Shown here: positions 47,947 through 56,687 of the stretch, piece after piece
Layout of the letters: each line of letters begins with the position of its first letter
How positions within the stretch are numbered: position 1 is the stretch's first letter
Source of the DNA: Acidobacteriota bacterium
GTDB lineage: Bacteria; Acidobacteriota; UBA6911
Length of the DNA: 64,000 bases
Direction: 5' to 3'
NCBI GenBank assembly: GCA_963664705.1
Contig: OY761556.1
Coordinates: 576,001 to 640,000 of the forward strand
Notes under the pieces: model-generated
The model's database searches: none
What the model was told of the DNA's origin: nothing
The model's input: only the letters and a program-made list of their open reading frames with translations
Program-made: the position numbers and the translations under genes

Positions 47947-48957
47947 TCAGTCTGCATCCATGATCTCGATTTTTTCCACAGCCCGAACGTCGCGGTCGGC
48001 AAAATAGTCGCCGGTCGGGTATAGCATATACCTCCCCGCGCCCGGCTCTTTTTTCTCAATCAGCAGAATGTCCTGATTGTCGCTCCGGTTCATAATCTCA
48101 CTGAAGCTGAGCACCGAGCGATAGCCATCCTTCGCGCTGGCCACGACTATGGCCTTGGCTATCGCTTCCGGGCTGATCTTGAGAGTGGCGGTCACCAGAT
48201 CCTTTAGCAGGTATCCTGAAACGCTCTGCACCCCCTTGAATCCCATCCCATGGCCATACCCAATATCCGAATAGGTTCTTTTTTCAACGGAGGGAGGGAT
48301 GTCCTTGACGATAAACGATCCCATTTTCCCGGTAATGCGGACTTCCGGGGCTGTGATGTCCTGGGGCTTATCTTTGGGCACAGCTCCATGGAATGACTTC
48401 ACCGTTATTTTGGATGGATTGCTGACAAACCGCATGTTCAGCAGGTCTCCCGTGGCGACAAGCTTGGGGACATCCGGAAGCGGCCACACGGTCTTGTTCC
48501 GCGCAGGGTTGATCGCCTGAATGCCCTTTGCTATCAGGATATCGAAGCTGTTTCGGTAATAAATCTCGCCCCAACTGAAAACGGCTTTCTCGCCTTTGTC
48601 ATTTTCCACGATGGCATAAAGATCTACCGGGGGGCCAAAGGTATTTTCGGCCGACTTTTTTACTTTTTTGCTGTTCAGAATATCGTAAAGGGCATAGCCG
48701 CTGACGAAGTAGGCGCCCTTGAATCCAGGCTGGCCGTTATCAAGTCCGACTTCTTTGATGGCCACACTGCGAACCGGCAGCGCGGATAAATCCACCGGAC
48801 CCGGGTCCTGCACCTCTCCCTGCACCATGATGCTTTTCACCGGCAGAGACTTGATATCCGAGTCGTCGAAAAGGCTGTTTGTGGATTGATTTTTATCTTG
48901 GGCCGTTACACCGGCAACAGCAAAAAGGAATATGAAAAGCAATGAAGTGAGCTTCAT
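47947..48957 (-). CDS. Secreted protein with two tandem molybdopterin-oxidoreductase-like (Oxidored_molyb-like) domains
   Basis: Signal peptide. Internal repeat SGYALYDIL..DKGEKAVFSWGEI..DILIA..GD..RFV versus SGYLLKDLV..KDGYRSVLSFSEI..DILLI..GD..RDV. No cysteine. Confidence 0.6.
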   Translation of the reverse strand: MKLTSLLFIFLFAVAGVTAQDKNQSTNSLFDDSDIKSLPVKSIMVQGEVQDPGPVDLSALPVRSVAIKEVGLDNGQPGFKGAYFVSGYALYDILNSKKVKKSAENTFGPPVDLYAIVENDKGEKAVFSWGEIYYRNSFDILIAKGIQAINPARNKTVWPLPDVPKLVATGDLLNMRFVSNPSKITVKSFHGAVPKDKPQDITAPEVRITGKMGSFIVKDIPPSVEKRTYSDIGYGHGMGFKGVQSVSGYLLKDLVTATLKISPEAIAKAIVVASAKDGYRSVLSFSEIMNRSDNQDILLIEKKEPGAGRYMLYPTGDYFADRDVRAVEKIEIMDAD

Positions 48958-48984
48958 GGAACAGACCTCCGCGTACGTGGCGCA

Positions 48985-49899
48985 CTATCCTCTTTCGTAC
49001 ATGATTTTTCCCGTATCGTGGATTTCGTATCCGCCCATCCGGGAAATATTGGTTTTAAATTCCTCCGAATTCAGCACCTGCCTTAGAGCTTTTACTGTCG
49101 CGCTTGTGAAGATATCGGATGGAATGACCAGGTCAAAACGTTCCGTGGCTAAGGGGATAAAGTCGAGCCCCAGCAGTCCCACCGTCGCATAAATGCCAAC
49201 GCCCGCATCTGCCGCTCCACTGAAAACTTCCAGGGCGACTTCCATATGCGTGTGGGCAACCTTGTCATAGCCCGAAATCTCAGCCGAGTTGATCCCATTC
49301 TCCTTTAGCCTGTAATCCAGCAATACGCGCGTACCTGAGCCTTCCTGTCGATTCACAAAAGTAGCTTTTTTGTTTGCCAGGTCGCTGAGGTTCTTGATTC
49401 CAAGGGGATTCCCCTTTTTGACAATCAGCCCTTGCTCTCTATGCGCCAGATTTAAAATTACAACCTTCAGTTCCGGGAAATGCTTTTTGATGAAAGAATT
49501 ATTATATTCACCCGTTTCGAGGTCCAAAAGATGGGATGCCGCGATGTTGCAGTTGCCGTTTTTCAGCGCGATCAATCCCGCCAGGCTTCCCAGGTTGGAG
49601 ATTGAGATCGTGTATTCAGGATGCAGCAGGTTGGCATTCTTCACCAGCAATTCGAGCGCCAGATCGTTGCTGCCCGCAATAACGATCTGATTTTCGGCTG
49701 CAGTCTTTTTGCCGGGAATCGTAACGCTTTCCCGGGCGCTGCTTATGACCCACTCATCGATCAATCCCTTGGGAAACAGCCATTTTCCCGTGATCCTGGT
49801 AGCCGGTATTTTCTTTTCCTTAATCAGCCTGTATACCTGTTTTTCGTTAATGCTGAGGTATTCGGCCACTTCTTTAGTACTGAGCATTTCCTTGGTCAT
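48985..49899 (-). CDS. Excisionase-like HTH plus molybdate/tungstate-binding PBP domain regulator (TaoR-like)
   Basis: LSTKEVAEYLSINEKQVYRL..KKIPATRITGKWLFP, then GSND, GSLAGL, NRQEGSGTR, ERFDL. Confidence 0.85.
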   Translation of the reverse strand: MTKEMLSTKEVAEYLSINEKQVYRLIKEKKIPATRITGKWLFPKGLIDEWVISSARESVTIPGKKTAAENQIVIAGSNDLALELLVKNANLLHPEYTISISNLGSLAGLIALKNGNCNIAASHLLDLETGEYNNSFIKKHFPELKVVILNLAHREQGLIVKKGNPLGIKNLSDLANKKATFVNRQEGSGTRVLLDYRLKENGINSAEISGYDKVAHTHMEVALEVFSGAADAGVGIYATVGLLGLDFIPLATERFDLVIPSDIFTSATVKALRQVLNSEEFKTNISRMGGYEIHDTGKIMYERG

Positions 49900-50095
49900 A
49901 AACAATGCTCCCAATTCGTGTCAAATATTCCTATGGCGTCAATATTAACCGACTCAAAACGGGAGACGCTACCCTATTTTCTATGAAACAAGTCTCAAGA
50001 AGACCGGAGGTTCAGAAGATCAGGCAAAAACAGCGACTTCGCCTGGCTGCACGGAGCAATTGGGCCAGCAGGCCCTGTATTTTCCGGTTTTTGTA

Positions 50096-50617
50096 TTACA
50101 GCCCGGTGAAGGAGATGTCTACCATTAATTCGCTTCCGATTGTCTCCAGTTCTTTTTGGAGTGCCAAAATATCGCAGGCTTCGGGGATTTGCAGCCGCGC
50201 GACGGCTTTGAAAATTGTCTCCCCGGACATGGGCGCGCTGGTGCATTCGCTTTCAAGCTCTTCGAAGCTTACGTTCTGGTGCGCCATGGCGGCAGAGATT
50301 TCGTAAATGATCCCTGGCCGGTCATGGCCAATCAGGCTGAGGGTTGCCGCTCTCGTCTGGCTCTTTGTTGATGTGGCTTCGTCGCGACGGATAATCACGG
50401 TCAATCCCTCGGATTGCAGCGCCTCAAGAGCGCGAATGAGCGCATGCACCTCAACTTCCGGAGCGCTTGCGCTCAGAATCCCGGCAAACTCACCGCCGAG
50501 TCGGCACATGCGACTTTCCAGCCAGTTGCCGCCATGATCCGCAATCAGTCCTGCTATCGATTCCACCAGACCGGTCCGGTCCTTTCCCACAATTGTCATT
50601 ACGAGTGTCTTCTGCAT
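50096..50617 (-). CDS. GcvR-like tandem ACT-domain protein
   Basis: VGKDRTGLVE..GGNWLESRM..LGGEFAG and IGHDRPGII. Start placed at 50617 (MQKTLV). Confidence 0.88.
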   Translation of the reverse strand: MQKTLVMTIVGKDRTGLVESIAGLIADHGGNWLESRMCRLGGEFAGILSASAPEVEVHALIRALEALQSEGLTVIIRRDEATSTKSQTRAATLSLIGHDRPGIIYEISAAMAHQNVSFEELESECTSAPMSGETIFKAVARLQIPEACDILALQKELETIGSELMVDISFTGL

Positions 50618-50719
50618 AGAGCACCTCAGGGAAAGCATATAGGAAAAAAAAGGCTGAAACCAGGAACGGACGAATTTGCCGGACATCGCCCGCGCAATAC
50701 CGGGACAGGCCTCCGGTAA

Positions 50720-51607
50720 CTATGCAATCTCGGGAAGACAGAAAGATGTTTCTACTCGATGTCCGCAATGGGAGCAATCCCAGTCGACATTCAGCTTGTG
50801 GCACTTTGTTCCCTTTTCGGTCGTCCAGGCGAAATGCCAGCTTTGCCCGCATTTTGCACATGATGGGGAAACCACAATGTGGACGCCCAGTGATCTGCTC
50901 CTGGCCCTGGGATCCAGGATGCGAAGCTGCTGGATCCGAAGATTCGCAATCCGTGCCTCCCGAAGCTCGGCGAGAAGGGAACGGAAAAATCTCAATGAAT
51001 CCGATGACTTTCTGGCCGCCAGTTTCCGTCCCGCGGAGGTGTGCATGTTCAGAGGCAGGCACGAAGCGTAGGTAAGCTCTTTGCTCAGGTAACCAAGAAC
51101 CGTGGATTGAAGCGTTCTCCGGCGAAGTGCCGATTTGGTAAAGAACGCGGCAACTCCGAGAGCACCAAACTTCGAAAGAAAATCGGCATCATGAATGATG
51201 GCCGCGACCGCGTTCTTTTTGGACTTTTCGTTATACAAGGCTTTGAGCCCCGCGAGCACCTGCCGAATGTCCCCTTTGCTCATCCCCGATTCCGATAGCA
51301 GCCTTTGAGCTATCTGGGCCGATTCTTCTTCTTCGATTGTCTCTTCAGCATGGTATTTTCCTCCCGAAAATTTTCCGGCGTCGTGAAAGAGGGCGGCGAC
51401 TACCGGGACGAGAGGTTCCATTTTTTCCGCCAGGGCGAGCTGGCATGCAATGGATGCGGTGTGCTGCGTGTGTTCCCAGAGGAAGCTTTCCGAATCAGCA
51501 TTGCCTTCGTATCTGTTTTCGGATTCCTGGATGATCTCCCGGACTCTGTTCACCAGCCCGGGAAAACGGGATTCTACGATGCTCTGGTAATCCGGTGACT
51601 TCTTCAT
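50720..51607 (-). CDS. HD-domain phosphohydrolase with C-terminal zinc-ribbon
   Basis: LWEHT, AALFHDAGK, IHDADFLSKFG, C-terminal CAKC...C...CSHC...C. Start placed at 51607 (MKKSPD). Confidence 0.75.
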   Translation of the reverse strand: MKKSPDYQSIVESRFPGLVNRVREIIQESENRYEGNADSESFLWEHTQHTASIACQLALAEKMEPLVPVVAALFHDAGKFSGGKYHAEETIEEEESAQIAQRLLSESGMSKGDIRQVLAGLKALYNEKSKKNAVAAIIHDADFLSKFGALGVAAFFTKSALRRRTLQSTVLGYLSKELTYASCLPLNMHTSAGRKLAARKSSDSLRFFRSLLAELREARIANLRIQQLRILDPRARSRSLGVHIVVSPSCAKCGQSWHFAWTTEKGTKCHKLNVDWDCSHCGHRVETSFCLPEIA

Positions 51608-51773
51608 ACGAGCGGCATTATCCTGCGCAGGCCTTGATGCGGTCAAGCACTCAAAACCAGGACCATGTGAATAGGCGTTGCGTCCGCTGCATTCCAGAGG
51701 GCCCCGGCGTCCATGGTGTAAATGTGATATCCTAGAAGTGTGTCCATGGATTAGGACATGCTTCCAATAGGGG

Positions 51774-52568
51774 ATGACCAAATTAGGGCAGATCAAAATG
51801 CGTATGAGAAGCGTGCTGGTGCTGGTGGGTTTTGTTTTACTTTTCTCTCTGAATGTCCGAAGCCAGGATGAGGACATCATCAAGAAGCTGTTTCAGGATG
51901 CCATAGAGGCAATGGGCGGAGAAGCATACCTGAATGTTAAGGATATGACCTCTGAAGGGCAATTTTTCCAGTTCAACAGCCAGGGAGAGAATTCCGGGTT
52001 GATCAAGTTTGTCGATTATACCAAGCTTCCCGACAAGAGCCGTCATGAGTCCGGCAATAAAAAGAGGGACTTGGATATCTCCGTCTTCAATCTTGAGAAA
52101 AACGAAGGATGGATTCAGGAGGGGCAGAAGGATACCCGTGAAGCAAAGCCGGAAGAAATGCGGAGTTTTCGCAGTGTGGTGAAGCACAGCATCGATACAA
52201 TTTTTCATTACCGCTATAAGGATCCGGAAAACAAACTCTTTTATATGGGGCCCGGGGAAGGGAAGGATGTGACTTTGGAGCTGGTGAAAATTGTGGATCC
52301 GGAAAACGACGAGACCACGGTCTATTTCGATCGCATTTCAAAGCTCCCCGCCAGAATCGAGTACAGGGATATAAACAACCGTGGCATCCGGGTTCGTCTG
52401 GTCGACGAATTCAGTCAATGGCATGTGATCCAGGGGGTTAATACGCCCATGCGCGTGGATGGCAGTTTGAACGGCCGTCGTGCTTCGCAGACGTTTGTAT
52501 TGAAGATCAGCTACAACACAAACATTCCGGATAGCTTCTTTTCAAAACCCCTACCTCCAAAAAAATAG
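51774..52568 (+). CDS. Exported LolA-like/outer-membrane lipoprotein-sorting fold protein
   Basis: Signal peptide, AIEAMGG, TVYFDRISKLP, FSQWHVIQGVNTP, NTNIPDSFF. Alternative start 51798. Confidence 0.55.
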   Translation: MTKLGQIKMRMRSVLVLVGFVLLFSLNVRSQDEDIIKKLFQDAIEAMGGEAYLNVKDMTSEGQFFQFNSQGENSGLIKFVDYTKLPDKSRHESGNKKRDLDISVFNLEKNEGWIQEGQKDTREAKPEEMRSFRSVVKHSIDTIFHYRYKDPENKLFYMGPGEGKDVTLELVKIVDPENDETTVYFDRISKLPARIEYRDINNRGIRVRLVDEFSQWHVIQGVNTPMRVDGSLNGRRASQTFVLKISYNTNIPDSFFSKPLPPKK

Positions 52569-52590
52569 GCGGTTGGCAAGAGGGTGAGAA

Positions 52591-53211
52591 GTGGAGATTT
52601 TCGATATATCCCAGACGTTGCATCCCGGGATGGCTATCTGGCCGGGCGACCCCGAGCTTTCGCTTCAGCGGACTTTTTCCATCGGGGAAGGGCAGTCCTC
52701 CACCGTTTCCCGTATCCAAATGGGAACTCATACCGGTACGCACGTCGATGCGCCTCTGCACCTGCAGCGCCTGGGGAATGACGTGGCCCAGATCCCGCTT
52801 CAATCCTGCATTGGGCCCGTTCGTGTCATGGATTTTTCCGGAAAGACCTTTATAGGAGCCGAGGACCTTTTATCCCGGAAATGGGATACGGTGGAGAGAA
52901 TTCTGTTCCGTACCCAGCGGAGTGGTAATCAGGGGAATTCCTTTGATCCCGATTTTGCCTGGCTGGATATCGGGGCGGCTTCATTCCTGGCGGAGAAAGG
53001 TATCCTGCTGGTTGGTATGGATTCCCCGTCCGTAGATTGCTTCGATAGCACCGATCTTCCTGCTCACAACCTGCTTCTGGGGCGTGGAATTGTAGTTGTG
53101 GAAAATCTCAGACTTGGGGATGTTCCGCCCGGAGATTACAACCTTGCCTGCGTGCCTCTGAAAATTGATGGGGCGGACGGTTCTCCCGTCCGTGCCGTGT
53201 TGTGGCGATAG
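52591..53211 (+). CDS. Cyclase-family metallohydrolase (kynurenine formamidase KynB-like)
   Basis: WPGDP, HTGTHVDAPLH, GMDSPSVD, VENL, DGSPVRAVL. Confidence 0.88.
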   Translation: MEIFDISQTLHPGMAIWPGDPELSLQRTFSIGEGQSSTVSRIQMGTHTGTHVDAPLHLQRLGNDVAQIPLQSCIGPVRVMDFSGKTFIGAEDLLSRKWDTVERILFRTQRSGNQGNSFDPDFAWLDIGAASFLAEKGILLVGMDSPSVDCFDSTDLPAHNLLLGRGIVVVENLRLGDVPPGDYNLACVPLKIDGADGSPVRAVLWR

Positions 53212-53214
53212 CCG

Positions 53215-54102
53215 CTATCCCACTGCCTCGGTAAGAGCCGATTCCAATTCTTCCGCGTTACAAATCTGGTAATTGGATTTCTGCCGGATAATCTGGTCTG
53301 CGAGCGCCGTATGAATGGCATGCCCGGCCCGCTCCGCATAAAGGCGGCCGATAATCGGGTATCCTGTCAGCGAAATGTCGCCCAGCAGATCCAGAAGCTT
53401 GTGGCGCACAAATTCATTCGGGAATCGGAGCTGATCGTTGACTATGCCGGAGGAATCGAGCACAACTGCATTCTCAAGCGAGCCACCGCGAATCAGTCCC
53501 AGGCTTTTGAGGTATTCGATGTCCGAAACGAAACCAAAGGTTCGAGCCATGGCGATTTCCCGGCAGAAGGATTCCGGTGTCAGCGTGATTTCGATCTTCT
53601 GATACCCAATGGAATGATGTTCGAAATCGATCACATAAGTGGCGCTGGGTACCGGGTCCGGATACACGCCGGCAACTTTGTCTCCCTGGCGAACCTCAAT
53701 CGGGCGTTCGATCACAATGTATTTGCGCAAGGCATCCTGCTCAGCAATTCCGGCTTTCTCGATCTCGGCGACAAACTGACCGCAACTGCCGTCAAGGATG
53801 GGCACCTCCATGGAGTCGACGTCCAGGTAGGCATTATCGATGCATAGGCCATACAGCGTCGAAAGGAGGTGTTCCACGGTGGAAATCATGACACCTTTTT
53901 TCATCAGCGTTGTGGCGTAGCTGACCTTTGCTACATGATTCCGGACCGCCTCAATCTCGAAGTTCTTCAGGTCTGTGCGCCGAAAGCGTATGCCTGTGTC
54001 CGGAGGGGCGGGATTGACTGTAAGCTTGACGGCATATCCTGTGTGCAGACCGATTCCATCAAAGTGAATTTTTTTGCACAGCGTTCTCTGGAACTTAAAC
54101 AT
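53215..54102 (-). CDS. lpxC: UDP-3-O-acyl-N-acetylglucosamine deacetylase
   Basis: FQRTL, GIGLHTG, STVEHLLS, EVPILDGS, ARTFGF, GGSLENA, RHKLLDLLGD, GHAIH. Confidence 0.96.
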   Translation of the reverse strand: MFKFQRTLCKKIHFDGIGLHTGYAVKLTVNPAPPDTGIRFRRTDLKNFEIEAVRNHVAKVSYATTLMKKGVMISTVEHLLSTLYGLCIDNAYLDVDSMEVPILDGSCGQFVAEIEKAGIAEQDALRKYIVIERPIEVRQGDKVAGVYPDPVPSATYVIDFEHHSIGYQKIEITLTPESFCREIAMARTFGFVSDIEYLKSLGLIRGGSLENAVVLDSSGIVNDQLRFPNEFVRHKLLDLLGDISLTGYPIIGRLYAERAGHAIHTALADQIIRQKSNYQICNAEELESALTEAVG

Positions 54103-54164
54103 GCATCAATCCCTGTATCAAAAGTGCATTTGTATTTGCGAAAGGCAAAAAAACATTTAAGGAT

Positions 54165-54180
54165 AGCAAATTTCGTGCCA
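54165..54180 (-). promoter_or_regulatory. Sigma54 (-24/-12) promoter upstream of lpxC
   Basis: Minus strand reads TGGCAC-GAAAT-TTGCT, a perfect TGGCAC-N5-TTGCW, about 62 nt upstream of the lpxC ATG. Confidence 0.82.
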
Positions 54181-54382
54181 TCTTCGGCCGCGACGACGAA
54201 AGACTGGGAAGTGGTTTTGGTCGAGTTATTTATGGGCTGTTTGATGGAAATCTGCCTATCATGTCATGGAGATGTTGTTGCATTTAAGACACAGTGGAGG
54301 CTTGCGGGAACACTCCTATGTTCATAGTCGTTGCGGAAGAAGTACAATGTATGATAATTGTTAATGGACTTAAGGCGGACTG

Positions 54383-54472
54383 ATGAGCAGCAAAGCAAAT
54401 GTTCAGATCGATGTTTGGTGTTGGTGGCGCTCGGACACCTGTGCCCGGGTCGGTTGGCCGCCACTCCCCTGA
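54383..54472 (+). CDS. trpL: trp operon leader peptide (29 aa, MSSKANVQIDVWCWWRSDTCARVGWPPLP)
   Basis: Short ORF with TGG-TGT-TGG-TGG cluster directly upstream of a terminator and trpE. Not in the ORF track. Confidence 0.85.
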   Translation: MSSKANVQIDVWCWWRSDTCARVGWPPLP

Positions 54473-54494
54473 ACTGCTTTGCCAAGGGATAAGG

Positions 54495-54534
54495 AAGCCG
54501 TGAACGACTCGAGGCGTTCACGGCTTTTTTGTTT
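54495..54534 (+). terminator. trp attenuator terminator hairpin
   Basis: AAGCCGTGAACG-8 nt-CGTTCACGGCTT followed by TTTTGTTT, 20 nt before trpE. Confidence 0.88.
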
Positions 54535-54554
54535 ATACGCGGGTTTTCCGGAGA

Positions 54555-56039
54555 GTGGATATGATTCAGCCATCATTATCGGAATTAAAAAAACTGGCAG
54601 AGAAGGGATCCGTCATCCCCGTTTGTAAGGACATATTGGGGGATTTGATTACTCCTGCCGCTGCGTTTTTGAGAGTCGCTCACGGTCGGCGCCGGGCGTT
54701 TCTTCTGGAAAGCGTGGAGGGCGGAGAGCATCTGGCGCGCTATTCTTTTATTGGCTGGGACCCCTTCCTGGTCGTGCGGGGGAAAGGGGATTCGGTTTCC
54801 ATTGAACGCCAGGGCGAGATCAGCCACGAATCCACACGCGGCTTCGATAAGCTCCGTGAGATATCCGCAGGCTTCGCTCCCGTACAGATTCCCGACCTGC
54901 CGCCATTTCTGGGCGGTGGAGTCGGCTATTTTGCGTACGACCTGATCCGGCAATTTGAAAAGCTCCCGAGTATTGCCGAAGATGACCTCAAAATGGATGA
55001 CTACCAGGTGATGTATTTTTCCACGCTTCTTGCTTTCGATCACCTGCGGCACAGGATTCACATCATCACCAACATATTCAACGATCGAGGTACGGATAAC
55101 CTGGAAGGCAAGTATCAGGACGCGCTTCTCAGAATTGAGCAGATTGAAAAGCGCCTGACGGTTCCCATTTCTTTGCCGTCTCCCGCCGTTCAGACCACTA
55201 TCCCGGATCCGGTTTCCAATTTGAGCGAATCCACGTATTACGAAAATGTTGCCACGGCGAAATCACACATCTTTGCGGGAGACATTTTTCAGGTTGTGTT
55301 ATCGCAGCGCTTCGCCATGGACGTGACCTGCGATCCCTTTGATATCTACCGTGCGCTTCGTTTTGTGAATCCTTCCCCGTATATGTTCTTTTTGAGAATG
55401 GATAACCTTCACCTGGTGGGAGCTTCGCCGGAGATGCTGGTTAAGGTGCAGGACGGCCATGTCGAGTACGGACCGATTGCCGGGACCCGGCCACGGGGCA
55501 AGACGCCGGAGGAAGATGCCCGCTTGACGCGTGAACTGCTGGACGACGAGAAGGAACGGGCGGAACATATTATGTTAGTGGACCTGGGACGAAACGATTT
55601 GGGACGGGTCTGCAACTTCGGTACGGTCAAGGTGACCGATCTTATGCGTATCGAAAAATATAGCCATGTGATGCACCTGGTCAGCAGCGTGGAAGGAAGT
55701 TTGCGGGGCGATCTGGACTGCTTCCATGCCCTGGAATCCTGTCTTCCGGCCGGAACCGTGTCAGGAGCCCCAAAAGTTCGAGCTATGGAGATTATTGATG
55801 CCCTGGAACCGAAACGGAGGGGCGTGTACGGAGGAGCGGTAGGCTATATCGATTTCTCCGGCAATCTGGATACCTGCATTGCACTTCGTACTCTTGTCAT
55901 AAAAGACGGAGTGGCCTATATCCAGGCAGGAGGCGGCATTGTGGCCGATTCCCACCCGCAGCGGGAGAGGGAGGAATCGGTGAACAAGGCAAGCGCGCTG
56001 ATCCGCGCCGTGCGCTTTGCCCACGAAGGGCTGAAGTAA
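54555..56039 (+). CDS. trpE: Anthranilate synthase component I
   Basis: FLLESVEGG, GDIFQVVLSQR, NPSPYMF, ASPEMLV, IAGTRPRG, EHIMLVDLGRND, GTVSGAPK. Confidence 0.96.
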   Translation: MDMIQPSLSELKKLAEKGSVIPVCKDILGDLITPAAAFLRVAHGRRRAFLLESVEGGEHLARYSFIGWDPFLVVRGKGDSVSIERQGEISHESTRGFDKLREISAGFAPVQIPDLPPFLGGGVGYFAYDLIRQFEKLPSIAEDDLKMDDYQVMYFSTLLAFDHLRHRIHIITNIFNDRGTDNLEGKYQDALLRIEQIEKRLTVPISLPSPAVQTTIPDPVSNLSESTYYENVATAKSHIFAGDIFQVVLSQRFAMDVTCDPFDIYRALRFVNPSPYMFFLRMDNLHLVGASPEMLVKVQDGHVEYGPIAGTRPRGKTPEEDARLTRELLDDEKERAEHIMLVDLGRNDLGRVCNFGTVKVTDLMRIEKYSHVMHLVSSVEGSLRGDLDCFHALESCLPAGTVSGAPKVRAMEIIDALEPKRRGVYGGAVGYIDFSGNLDTCIALRTLVIKDGVAYIQAGGGIVADSHPQREREESVNKASALIRAVRFAHEGLK

Positions 56040-56099
56040 ATGACGAATTAAGGCTGACGAACTGGAAATGGCGACAAGCGGTCTTTGGGGAGTTTCATC

Positions 56100-56666
56100 A
56101 TGATACTGGTCATCGACAATTATGATTCTTTTACCTTCAACCTTGTGCAGTACCTCGGTGAAATGGGGCAGGAGTTGAAGGTTTTTCGCAACGACGCCAT
56201 CGGGCTGGATGAGATTGGAAAGCTCGCCCCACAAAGCATTTTGATCTCCCCGGGCCCCGGCCGTCCTGAGGATTCCGGCATCATTATGGATGTTATCAAG
56301 GAGTTTTCCGGGAAGATCCCAATTCTCGGCGTGTGTTTGGGGCATCAGGCGATTGGGGCTGTCTTCGGTGGGCAGGTGGTTTCCGCTCCGGGAATCATGC
56401 ATGGGAAGACAAGCGAAATTTTTCATGATGGCAAGACGATTTTTAAGGATCTGCCCAGCCCATTTCGCGCAACGCGTTATCACTCGCTGGTGGTGGCGCC
56501 TGAGACCTTTCCGGATTGCCTTGAGATATCGGCCCGAACCTCCGATGGCGTGATTATGGGATTGCGTCATCGTGAGCTGCTTGTCGAGGGGGTTCAGTTT
56601 CACCCCGAATCGATTTTGACCGACAGCGGGATGAAGCTGCTTTCCAATTTTGTCGGTTTGGGATAG
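56100..56666 (+). CDS. trpG: Anthranilate synthase component II (glutamine amidotransferase)
   Basis: [34 protein letters not shown]. Confidence 0.95.
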   Translation: MILVIDNYDSFTFNLVQYLGEMGQELKVFRNDAIGLDEIGKLAPQSILISPGPGRPEDSGIIMDVIKEFSGKIPILGVCLGHQAIGAVFGGQVVSAPGIMHGKTSEIFHDGKTIFKDLPSPFRATRYHSLVVAPETFPDCLEISARTSDGVIMGLRHRELLVEGVQFHPESILTDSGMKLLSNFVGLG

Positions 56667-56687
56667 ATAGATATTTGCGGGTGCCAT

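Noticed and set aside
48985-49899. Excisionase domain as evidence of a prophage or ICE
   Set aside because: It is fused to an oxyanion-binding domain, and no integrase or phage genes are nearby, so it is a regulator.
51608-51883. 92-aa N-terminal extension of the HD ORF
   Set aside because: Overlaps the divergent gene at 51774 and spans promoter-like sequence. The start at 51607 is more plausible.
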